Shown here in pieces: positions 50,044 through 57,893 of a stretch of DNA of 64,000 nt. The notes under the pieces were generated by a model, which worked only from the letters and a program-made list of their open reading frames with translations, was not told the DNA's origin and searched no databases. The translations under genes and the position numbers were made by a program. This DNA comes from Bacteroidales bacterium (lineage in GTDB: Bacteria > Bacteroidota > Bacteroidia > Bacteroidales > WCHB1-69), in contig JAGCVQ010000073.1 of assembly GCA_017962275.1 (NCBI GenBank), positions 4,543 to 68,542 of the forward strand, given 5' to 3'. Position 1 is the stretch's first letter. Each line of letters opens with the position of its first letter.

Positions 50044-51345
50044 ATGAAAGAAAAAGGAAGCAAAAAACATCTCTTCGGAAAGATTCTTCTTTGCCTGCTC
50101 GCGGTTGCCGTTGTCGTAGGCTGTATCTTTTCTTATTTCGGAGGTTTCGGCACAGGTAAATGTGCTGATAAGAAGGAGTTTGCGAAATATGCCGGTGCCG
50201 TTTCGGACATCGTCATCCCGGATGGTGTGCGCGTCATTGCGTTGGGTGAAGCCACGCATGGCAATGCGAAGTTCCAGCAGTTCAAGCTGGATGTGTTTAA
50301 GTTGATGGTCGAGAAATGCGGCGTGCGGGCGTTCGCGCTGGAGGGCGACTACGGTGGCTGCGAGGCGGTCAACCGGTACATCCACGGCGGGAAAGGCACG
50401 GCGGAAGAGGCCGCTGCGGCCATCGGCTTCCCCATCTACCGGACCAAGGAGATGGCGGATCTCATTGAATGGATGCGAAAGTATAACGTTACTGCCGCAG
50501 AGGACGAAGATTTGCGTTTCTACGGCTTCGACATGCAACTCTACGAGCGCAGCTACCAATATTTGCTGGAGGCTGCCAAGACCTTTGCAGTTCCGACGGC
50601 GGAACTGGAGACGCTATGGGACAAGTCGGAAGGGAAGTACTCGACCTCCTATTCTGCCGACCAAAAGGCGAAAGTGGTAGAGGCGGTGAAGCAGAATTTA
50701 TTGCAGTTGAACGACTCAACGACGGCGCAGGCGGTGCATTTTGCAGATATGCTGCTCCAAAATATCGCTTTAGGGAAGATGATGGACAATATGGCGAAGG
50801 GAGTTATGCTTCGCGACTCACTGATGTTCGTGAACACGCACTGGATCATGGAACAGGAGGAAGCCCGTGGCAGCGAACGCATTCTCATTTCAGGACATAA
50901 CGGGCACATCCAGCGTGTCCACGATTACGGAACGGACGGAAAAGCCATGGGGGCTTTGCTGGCCGACGAGCTTGGGGAAGCGTATTTCGCCATCGGCACC
51001 GATTTCTACAAGGCGAAAGTCAGTTTGCCAAAGGGCTCTAGTGCGAGTAAGAGCAAAAAGCGGAGCAACCACACCTTCTATTCCCACGACCCGTTGGCCA
51101 AAGCCGCCAAAAAGTGCGGATATGAGATCTGTTGGCTCGATTTCTCGAAAATTCCGGACAGTTCCGTACTTAAACAACAAATCACGGACTACACTTGGAT
51201 GGGTGACGTGGGTGAAGGCCACACCCCGCTCATGGCACTTATGCCGATGTCGTACCGCGACTGGGTTTCCCCCGCGAAGCTCTACGACGGCGTGATTTTT
51301 GTGGCGAAGGCAGAACCGATAAAGGTTAGAGGGATAAAGGGTTAA
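50044..51345 (+). CDS. Erythromycin-esterase-family protein with an N-terminal membrane anchor
   Basis: VIALGEATHGNAKFQQFKLDVFKLMVEKCGVRAFALEGDYGGCEAVNRYIHG is the Ere-family (PF05139-type) pattern. The ATG lies 23 nt after a -7 box. Confidence 0.85.
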   Translation: MKEKGSKKHLFGKILLCLLAVAVVVGCIFSYFGGFGTGKCADKKEFAKYAGAVSDIVIPDGVRVIALGEATHGNAKFQQFKLDVFKLMVEKCGVRAFALEGDYGGCEAVNRYIHGGKGTAEEAAAAIGFPIYRTKEMADLIEWMRKYNVTAAEDEDLRFYGFDMQLYERSYQYLLEAAKTFAVPTAELETLWDKSEGKYSTSYSADQKAKVVEAVKQNLLQLNDSTTAQAVHFADMLLQNIALGKMMDNMAKGVMLRDSLMFVNTHWIMEQEEARGSERILISGHNGHIQRVHDYGTDGKAMGALLADELGEAYFAIGTDFYKAKVSLPKGSSASKSKKRSNHTFYSHDPLAKAAKKCGYEICWLDFSKIPDSSVLKQQITDYTWMGDVGEGHTPLMALMPMSYRDWVSPAKLYDGVIFVAKAEPIKVRGIKG

Positions 51346-51388
51346 TGCCAATGATCAACTGAAATTTAAGTACTTGCAATTATAAGCT

Positions 51389-51886
51389 ATGTCGAAACGA
51401 GCCAGACAATACATCGGGATATTAGCGGCGGTTGTCGCGTATTACATCGTCCACGAAGGGGCGCATCTGCTTGTCGCCTTGTTCATGGGCGTTTTCAAAG
51501 AGGTGAAATTCATGGGGTTGGGTATGCAGATTGATGTCTTTGCGGAGCGGATGACCGATACGCAGATGGGCCTGTTCTGCCTCGCTGGGGCGGTCGCCAC
51601 TTTCTTGGCTGGCTGGATTTTGGTACTTATGTGCCGAAAAATCTGTGCCTTGGAATCGAAGGTGCTAAAGGCTGTCTTTTGGTATGTGACAATTGCCCTG
51701 CTTGTGCTTGATCCACTCTATCTGAGCGTGTTGTGCGGTCTCTTCGGCGGCGGCGACATGAACGGCATCCGTTTATTGACTCCCGAAGTGGCAGCCAGAA
51801 TCATCTTCGCGGTCATCGGCGTGATCCACGTCTTGGTGATTTGGAAGTATCTGCTGCCAAGGTATAAGGAAGCGTTCAACTCGTAA
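51389..51886 (+). CDS. Polytopic membrane protein with an HExxH motif (DUF3267-like putative zinc peptidase)
   Basis: YIVHEGAHLLVALFMG carries HEGAH at the end of the first TM helix. About 5 TM helices. Confidence 0.6.
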   Translation: MSKRARQYIGILAAVVAYYIVHEGAHLLVALFMGVFKEVKFMGLGMQIDVFAERMTDTQMGLFCLAGAVATFLAGWILVLMCRKICALESKVLKAVFWYVTIALLVLDPLYLSVLCGLFGGGDMNGIRLLTPEVAARIIFAVIGVIHVLVIWKYLLPRYKEAFNS

Positions 51887-51956
51887 TGGAGTAGCATCAT
51901 TTCGGCAAGTTCTGCGTTGCTCCACGGGATAATTATCGAATAAGATTTTTTTCAAT

Positions 51957-52454
51957 ATGAACTGGACCATTATCATCATAGAAACCATCGTCATGACCGC
52001 CTCGTTCACGGCCATGATTCTGATTCCGCTCGTGAAGAACCCTGTGTGGTGGATTCACGACTATCCGGAAGACATTCAGGAGGAATACTTCAAGACGCAT
52101 GAGCGCGTGCCGTCGAAGTTCTTCACCAAGACCGTGCTGATTAAGAAAGGCCTTGCCCTTCTCATTGCCCTTGCCTTAATGCTCGGACTGATGAGGTTAG
52201 CCGGCGCATACAACTTCTGGTCGGCCTTCGCATTGAGCTACGGTATCTGGCTCGTCATCGACTGGTACGACTGCTTTTTCCTCGACTGGGTGCTCTTCGC
52301 TAACATGAAGTCAGTGCGTTTGCCCGGGACCGAGCACATGGACGCGGCCTACCATCAGAAAAAGTACCACTTTGTGCAGTCGTTGTGGGGCATGTTGATC
52401 GGACTGATTCCGTGCCTTATCGGGGCGGGATTATATGCGTGGTTGTTTTGTTAA
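51957..52454 (+). CDS. Hypothetical membrane protein
   Basis: 165 aa with 4 predicted hydrophobic helices, an ATG start and no competing ORF. Confidence 0.55.
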   Translation: MNWTIIIIETIVMTASFTAMILIPLVKNPVWWIHDYPEDIQEEYFKTHERVPSKFFTKTVLIKKGLALLIALALMLGLMRLAGAYNFWSAFALSYGIWLVIDWYDCFFLDWVLFANMKSVRLPGTEHMDAAYHQKKYHFVQSLWGMLIGLIPCLIGAGLYAWLFC

Positions 52455-52573
52455 TTTTATCTCCACGGATCACGCGTATCTACACGTAAATCAAACCGTT
52501 CAATCTTATTTATACGCGCAGATACTAGCGATACGCGGAGATGATATTTCTACGGAAGAATTAAAAAGTTAAT

Positions 52574-52987
52574 ATGACAAAACTCGAAAAATTTCTGACC
52601 CTTTTCATCGGTATCGGCGCGGTGGGCGGCGCGGTGATGATGTGGGTTGACCCTACGGGCGTAAAGTGGGGCGGCGAGCCACTGTTAGAGATGCTGCGTG
52701 ACAAGATGCCCTGGCCGGACATCTTCTTTCGGAACTTCATCCCCTCCGGCTTCGTGCTGTTGGTTCTGAACGGAATCACCCAGTTGGCTGCAGCGTATCT
52801 GCTCTTCAAGAAGCACCCGCTCGCGCAGTGGGCCGTGCTCGCCTGCGGCATTATTTTGATGCTCTGGATCGTCCTCGAATGGTGGGTCTGGGGCTTCAAC
52901 GCCATCAGCAACCTCTATTTCGTGTTCGGACTGGCGGAAGCTTTGGCAGCGGCGATAAGTATGAGGCAACAGAAAGGGATTAGTTAA
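52574..52987 (+). CDS. Hypothetical membrane protein
   Basis: 137 aa with 4 hydrophobic helices. Preferred over the antisense ORF 52561..52911. Confidence 0.55.
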   Translation: MTKLEKFLTLFIGIGAVGGAVMMWVDPTGVKWGGEPLLEMLRDKMPWPDIFFRNFIPSGFVLLVLNGITQLAAAYLLFKKHPLAQWAVLACGIILMLWIVLEWWVWGFNAISNLYFVFGLAEALAAAISMRQQKGIS

Positions 52988-53097
52988 GAGTTAAGAGATA
53001 ATAGTTAATCGTTGATGGGGATAAGTCATAGTCTAAGTTATAAGTCAAAGTCATAGTCAAAGTCATAGTCAAGGTCATAGTCTATACTAACAACCAA
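52983..53097. repeat. Mixed 6-7-nt tandem array, GTCATA/GTCAAA family
   Basis: GTTAAGA GTTAAGA ... GTTAATC GTTGATG ... GTCATA GTCTAA GTTATAA GTCAAA GTCATA GTCAAA GTCATA GTCAAG GTCATA GTCTATA CTAACAA CCAACAA. It fills the stop-to-start spacer. Confidence 0.85.
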
Positions 53098-53102
53098 CAA
53101 AT

Positions 53103-53594
53103 ATGGCTAACCTCATCACCACCGTCCGCATCCTCTGCAGCGTCGCCCTCTTGTTCTGCGCGGCGCTCTCCCCGTGGTTTTACGCGCTCTACATCACCGC
53201 GGGCGTTTCCGATATGGTTGACGGGTGGGTCGCGCGCAAGACGAACACGGTCAGTGATTTCGGTTCGAAATTAGACACCGTTGCGGACATCATTTTCGTT
53301 GTGGTTTGTCTGCTCAAGTTGCTGCCGGTCTTGCATCTCCCCGTTTGGATTTACGTCTGGGTCGGCCTCATCACCTGCATCAAGCTTTTCAATATCGTTT
53401 ACGGTTATATCGTTAGGAAGCAGCTCTTAGCCGACCACAGCATCCTGAACAAGGTTACTGGCGCGTTGCTGTTTCTCCTTCCGCTGACGTTGTCTGTCAT
53501 CGATGTGAAGTATAGTGCGGCGGTGGTCTGTGCGGTGGCGATGATTGCGGGAATACAAGAAGGAATTCGGGGAAAAATGAAACATTACAAGTAA
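53103..53594 (+). CDS. CDP-alcohol phosphatidyltransferase family protein
   Basis: Motif DMVDGWVARKTNTVSDFGSKLDTVADII, that is D-x2-DG-x2-AR-x8-G-x3-D-x3-D. Confidence 0.8.
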   Translation: MANLITTVRILCSVALLFCAALSPWFYALYITAGVSDMVDGWVARKTNTVSDFGSKLDTVADIIFVVVCLLKLLPVLHLPVWIYVWVGLITCIKLFNIVYGYIVRKQLLADHSILNKVTGALLFLLPLTLSVIDVKYSAAVVCAVAMIAGIQEGIRGKMKHYK

Positions 53595-53639
53595 ATAGTA
53601 GAACAATACCGTATTGACGAATCCGATAATCAGCAAGCG

Positions 53640-54692
53640 ATGAATCCCGTAACATCCCGACTTCTCAACCAGCAGCTTGTGGCGCCGCAGTTCAGTGATC
53701 CGGCGGAGGTAGTGAGCCATTTGGGCGCGATGCAGGCGCAGGAATACCGACTGATGCGGTGGGCGGTGGCGATGCGTACCCGCAAACCGTCGTTGTCGGC
53801 GTTCACGAAGGCATTCGACGACGGCCGTATCATTCGTATGCACCTCATGCGCGGCACATGGCAGTTGGTGGCCGCCGAGGACTACTGGTGGATGCTCGAA
53901 CTCTGTGCCCCCAAGGCCATCTCAGTCACCAAGGGGTGGATGCACAGCAACAAAATCGACATTCCCGAAAAGGAATACCTGAAAATCAGGGAGATACTGG
54001 CGCAAACCGCCGCCGACAAAGGGAGCGTGACGAAGGAGGATTTCGTGAACGCGCTGTCGGAAAAGGACATCACGATGGATGACCATCGGCTGTCGTATCA
54101 TATCCGCATGTGCGAGATGACGGGAACGCTTTGCAGCGGCAATCTGCAGCCGATGAAAGCGACCTACGCCCTCGCTTCCGAAAAGGTGAAACGGACGGAA
54201 CCCCTCGACCGCGACGAAGCTCTGATGCGCTTCACCCGAAAGTATTTTCAAAGCCGGCAGCCCGCCACATTGGAGGATTTCGTGTGGTGGTCGGGGCTGA
54301 ACATCAGCGACTGCCGAAGGGGAATTGAATTGTTGGGCGATTATCTACATGTAGAGACGCAAAATTTTGCGTCTCTACCACGCAGGGAATTCTATTTGAC
54401 CGACGACTGTCGCACGCGGGGCTTCCGCAAAGGACAATACCTGCTGATTCCGCCCTACGACGAGTACCTGATCGGTTACAAGAGTCGCGACATCGTGCTG
54501 CAGCCGGAGCATCAGCACCGCGCACACAACAACCGGGGCATCTTCCAGCCCATCATCGCCCACGACGGTCTCATCTGCGGCAACTGGGCACCTTTCAAGA
54601 AGGAATTCCAGGTGGAGTTTTTCCGCGAAGGACACAATGCGGAGGATGTGTTAGGTGCGTGGGAGGGGTATGCGCGGTTTCGAGACATGTAA
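53640..54692 (+). CDS. YcaQ/AlkZ-like winged-helix DNA glycosylase family protein (DUF1006), carrying an in-frame palindromic-element insertion
   Basis: LLNQQLVAPQFSDPAEVVSHLGAMQAQEY...RMHLMRGTWQLV is the YcaQ-family N-terminal pattern. Codons ...HVETQNFASLP... are encoded by the 28-nt palindrome at 54351-54378. Confidence 0.8.
   Translation: MNPVTSRLLNQQLVAPQFSDPAEVVSHLGAMQAQEYRLMRWAVAMRTRKPSLSAFTKAFDDGRIIRMHLMRGTWQLVAAEDYWWMLELCAPKAISVTKGWMHSNKIDIPEKEYLKIREILAQTAADKGSVTKEDFVNALSEKDITMDDHRLSYHIRMCEMTGTLCSGNLQPMKATYALASEKVKRTEPLDRDEALMRFTRKYFQSRQPATLEDFVWWSGLNISDCRRGIELLGDYLHVETQNFASLPRREFYLTDDCRTRGFRKGQYLLIPPYDEYLIGYKSRDIVLQPEHQHRAHNNRGIFQPIIAHDGLICGNWAPFKKEFQVEFFREGHNAEDVLGAWEGYARFRDM
54351..54378. 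repeat. Perfect 28-nt palindrome GTAGAGACGCAAAATTTTGCGTCTCTAC (copy 3), inside a CDS
   Basis: Identical to the copy at 9114-9141. It lies within the open reading frame of the YcaQ-like gene. Confidence 0.9.
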
Positions 54693-54728
54693 CGAAGGCC
54701 GCAGTTCCTCTTACGTAACGGTTCCCAA

Positions 54729-55136
54729 CTACACCAGAACGGCATTCCGCATAGTTTCGGCAAATTTGGTCACGCCCGCTTGAATGCGTTTCACGGTCTT
54801 CGGGGAGGGTTTTCTGTATCCAGTGACGTAATGGCTCAGTTGCTTACAGTTGATGCCGGTTGCTTTTGACAATCCGATAAGGGAGAATGGCGAGTATTTG
54901 AGAAACGAGATGGTGTCAAAAACATACTCGAAGTCAAGATGATCGAAATCGAAACTTTCGCCAGCCTCTTCATATACCGCCTTCATTTCTTCTTTGCTGT
55001 TCAGGAGATCGGCCTTTGCCTCCTCAATGGTATCGCCTTGTCCGAGCAGCATAAAACCCAAAGATTCGTCATCAGTATGGATGTCGTAATCCAAATTCTT
55101 TCCAGTTTCTATAATGGCTCTTACTCTCATATTCAT
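54729..55136 (-). CDS. hicB: HicB-family antitoxin with a C-terminal HTH
   Basis: N-terminal HicB-like fold pattern (AIIETGKNLDYDIHTDD...GQGDTIEEAKADL) and C-terminal HTH (LSKATGINCKQLSHYVTGYRKPS). It lies directly downstream of hicA. Confidence 0.75.
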   Translation of the reverse strand: MNMRVRAIIETGKNLDYDIHTDDESLGFMLLGQGDTIEEAKADLLNSKEEMKAVYEEAGESFDFDHLDFEYVFDTISFLKYSPFSLIGLSKATGINCKQLSHYVTGYRKPSPKTVKRIQAGVTKFAETMRNAVLV

Positions 55137-55174
55137 CAGCTTTTTTTATTTCTAACAACTAATTTACGGTACCG

Positions 55175-55357
55175 TTATTTGATACCCGCTATTTTTAATA
55201 TTTTCTCCAAAGTTCCTTTTTTCACTTCCTCTGACTTATGATGACCAGTTTGGAAACGTTTCCCTGTTTTCGGACTGTACCATACTGGGTGTGCATTGTT
55301 GCCTACAAGATAGCAACCTGCTTTTCTTAATATCTTTTCTAATTCCGAGTACTTCAT
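55175..55357 (-). CDS. hicA: HicA-family mRNA interferase toxin
   Basis: 60 aa. MKYSELEKILRKAGCYLVGNNAHPVWYSPKTGKRFQTGHHKSEEVKKGTLEKILKIAGI matches the HicA/YcfA pattern. A -7 box lies 23 nt upstream. Confidence 0.8.
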   Translation of the reverse strand: MKYSELEKILRKAGCYLVGNNAHPVWYSPKTGKRFQTGHHKSEEVKKGTLEKILKIAGIK

Positions 55358-55379
55358 ATTTTTGTTTTCAAAAACGCTG

Positions 55380-55387
55380 CAAAGATA
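55380..55387 (-). promoter_or_regulatory. -7 box TAtcTTTG for hicAB
   Basis: 23 nt before the start at 55357. Confidence 0.55.
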
Positions 55388-55461
55388 GAAAAAAAACTAA
55401 CATACATAAGTTCTTCAAAAATTTTTTCCCTTACGAATGTGAACTTGACCAGGATTTTTTT

Positions 55462-55469
55462 TACTTTTG
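55462..55469 (+). promoter_or_regulatory. -7 box TActTTTG for the AT-rich unknown gene
   Basis: 58 nt before the ATG at 55527. Confidence 0.4.
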
Positions 55470-55526
55470 CCGCCTTAAGTGTATTAACATGTAATTAAAT
55501 TGTTGCTCCCGACACAAAAAAGGGAT

Positions 55527-56615
55527 ATGAGTATGAAAATTGAAATTGGAGAATCTTTAATTTATACATGGCTTCGTCATGTCAAGGGTTGTCAAACAGT
55601 TCAAACGAATTGGAGACCATCCGAACTATGGTCTCTTAATAATATACGAGATTTGGAGGCCATTATGGATGCTGTTAATAAACGATTTCCTAACTATTCC
55701 ATATTTGGTCATAAAAAGAACGTGTCATTAATACAATTTATTGGGCAAGCAGAAATAGATGTCATAGGTTCCTGTAATGTAGGTGACAAAATTTATGCCG
55801 TGGACGTTGCCTATCATGAAAGTGGTTTAAATTATGGTGGAGGTGATGAAAACACAGCTAGAATTATCAAGAAATGCTTACGTTCGGCAATGTGTGTTTA
55901 TGGCTATTTTAACAAGAAAGATGCAGAAATCGTTTTTGTTGCGCCCAAAATCCATAATGCAGACTGGCCATTAATATGTCAAGGCATTGATGACCTAGAA
56001 AACGAATTGAAACAATTGGGATATAATTTTGTTTTTAAAGTGATTTGCGATCAGTCAAATCCCAATTTTCAAGCAGAGATATTAGATTCTGTAATAGGGG
56101 TGATAGATAACATCTCTGATACCAATGAGCTGTTTGTCAGAAGTGTTCAATTGTTGAATATGTTTTACAACTGTACATCAAAAAATGTAACAACCATACC
56201 CAATATACGTGTTGTGACCTCACCCGCGAATAAACCTCAGATTCGCATGGTTTTAAACAGAACTGACTCATCCGCAGCAAATGCTAGTCATTTTAAAGTA
56301 TATTTGAGTTCTGTAATGAAAAGTAACGGAACCCCTTTTTCTCCAACTTCAATCAATAATTATTGTTCTTCATTAAATTATTCTTTATTCAAAGAAGTTT
56401 TGGTTAACCATGGTCTTTCTGAAGACATCTACGACTGTACAGACATAACAGCATTGAAAGCAGTCTATGATGAACTCAAGCGACAAACTACTCCCATTGC
56501 TCGAAAAGTAAAGAACGAGCGGCATGGATCTTGTACATCAGCATTACGAGAATACACTAATTATTTACGAGAATACTCCTTGGCCACTAATGATAATAAT
56601 CAAGTTTTTGCTTGA
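55527..56615 (+). CDS. Hypothetical protein in an AT-rich islet (possible nuclease-like N-terminal domain; function unknown)
   Basis: Long clean ORF in visibly AT-rich DNA with A/T-ending codons. The track start is TTG at 55500; the first ATG is at 55527. I recognise no family; the spacing of acidic and Lys residues (E..EIDVIG..AVDVAYHE..IIKKC) is only suggestive. Confidence 0.65.
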   Translation: MSMKIEIGESLIYTWLRHVKGCQTVQTNWRPSELWSLNNIRDLEAIMDAVNKRFPNYSIFGHKKNVSLIQFIGQAEIDVIGSCNVGDKIYAVDVAYHESGLNYGGGDENTARIIKKCLRSAMCVYGYFNKKDAEIVFVAPKIHNADWPLICQGIDDLENELKQLGYNFVFKVICDQSNPNFQAEILDSVIGVIDNISDTNELFVRSVQLLNMFYNCTSKNVTTIPNIRVVTSPANKPQIRMVLNRTDSSAANASHFKVYLSSVMKSNGTPFSPTSINNYCSSLNYSLFKEVLVNHGLSEDIYDCTDITALKAVYDELKRQTTPIARKVKNERHGSCTSALREYTNYLREYSLATNDNNQVFA

Positions 56616-56701
56616 ATTCTACTGTTTTAAAGTTTTCCAAATGAAAATATAGTTCTTTCACTAACTGTTCTTTTGCCACCTCAAAATTCTACGTTAGAAC
56701 A

Positions 56702-57331
56702 ATGAATATCCGATTAGAACAACCGCAAGATTACCGCGAGGTGGAGAACCTCACGCGCGAGGCATTCTGGAACGTCTATCGTCCGGGATGCACAGAGCAT
56801 TATGTGCTCAATCAATATAGAAACAACCCCGATTTTATTCCGGAACTGGATTTCGTGATGGAAGAAAATGGTCATATCATTGGGCATGTGATGTTTTCGA
56901 ATGCTGAAATCACCTTTGATGACGGCACTGCCTTTCCTTCCTGGACTTTCGGCCCCATCAGCATCCATCCCGACTACAAGCACAAAGGCTACGGACTAAA
57001 ACTGCTGCAATATGCGCTGGAGAAAGCCAAAGCGATGGGCATCGGTCTGCTCCAGATGGAGGGCAACATCGACTTCTACAAACACGCCGGCTTCGACTTC
57101 GCCAACAAGCTCCACATCCATTATCACGCGGAACCGCGGGAGTCGGAAGTGCCATACTTTCTCGCGCAAGAGCTCATCCCCGGCTACTGGGGCGACCGCG
57201 AAGGAACTTATTGTCCTCCAAAGGGTTATTTTGTGGCAGATGAGAACCCAGAGGCGTTTGAGGCATACGAGGCGACATTTCCTTATAAAGAGAAATTGCG
57301 GTTGCCAGGACAGTTGGGGTACGAAGAATAA
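56702..57331 (+). CDS. GNAT-family N-acetyltransferase
   Basis: GPISIHPDYKHKGYGLKLLQYALEKAKAMG is the acetyl-CoA-binding motif A. Confidence 0.8.
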   Translation: MNIRLEQPQDYREVENLTREAFWNVYRPGCTEHYVLNQYRNNPDFIPELDFVMEENGHIIGHVMFSNAEITFDDGTAFPSWTFGPISIHPDYKHKGYGLKLLQYALEKAKAMGIGLLQMEGNIDFYKHAGFDFANKLHIHYHAEPRESEVPYFLAQELIPGYWGDREGTYCPPKGYFVADENPEAFEAYEATFPYKEKLRLPGQLGYEE

Positions 57332-57346
57332 ATCCTCAAAACATTG

Positions 57347-57354
57347 TATTTTTG
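57347..57354 (+). promoter_or_regulatory. -7 box TAttTTTG
   Basis: 18 nt before the ATG at 57372. Confidence 0.5.
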
Positions 57355-57371
57355 CGGCCTCAAATTCTTGA

Positions 57372-57893
57372 ATGATGCAAACCGAAAGAATCCTATTGCG
57401 TCCGTGGCGCGAGAGCGATGCCGAGACGCTTTACAAATACGCCTCCGATCCGGAGGTGGGTCCCCGCGCAGGCTGGGCGCCGCACCAAAATGTGGAAGAG
57501 AGCTTGGAGATTATCCGCACCGTGTTCAACGATGCGCTGAACACGTGGGCTATTGAGCTGAAAGCCACTGGCGAGGCTATCGGCGCGATGGGCTACGGTC
57601 CTTCCTGCGACTGCAAACTGCCCGCCCGCGAAAACGAGCCCATCTGCGGCTACTGGGTGGCCAAACCTTACTGGAACCAGGGCATCTGCACGGAGGCACT
57701 TCGGCTGATGCTGGACCACATCCGCAAGACCACGGAGATCAAATCCCTCATCAGTGGTCATTTCATTGACAATCCCGCCTCGGGTCGCGTGATGGAGAAG
57801 TGCGGCTTCGTGCCGACCGGCGAAACCTGCATTGACGAGACGCAGTATCAGGGAGCAGGCAGACCCATTCGGGTGCTGCGGCTGGAATTATGA
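57372..57893 (+). CDS. GNAT-family N-acetyltransferase (RimJ/RimL-like)
   Basis: TERILLRPWRESDAETLYKYASDPEV...YWVAKPYWNQGICTEALRLMLDH is the RimJ/L-type pattern. Confidence 0.85.
   Translation: MMQTERILLRPWRESDAETLYKYASDPEVGPRAGWAPHQNVEESLEIIRTVFNDALNTWAIELKATGEAIGAMGYGPSCDCKLPARENEPICGYWVAKPYWNQGICTEALRLMLDHIRKTTEIKSLISGHFIDNPASGRVMEKCGFVPTGETCIDETQYQGAGRPIRVLRLEL

Noticed and set aside
49858-50559. An N-terminal extension of the M28 peptidase ORF (the track ORF is 655 aa).
   Set aside because: The extension runs through the divergent promoter region and the Ere-family gene. The signal peptide MKKLTII... begins at 49857, 25 nt after a -7 box.
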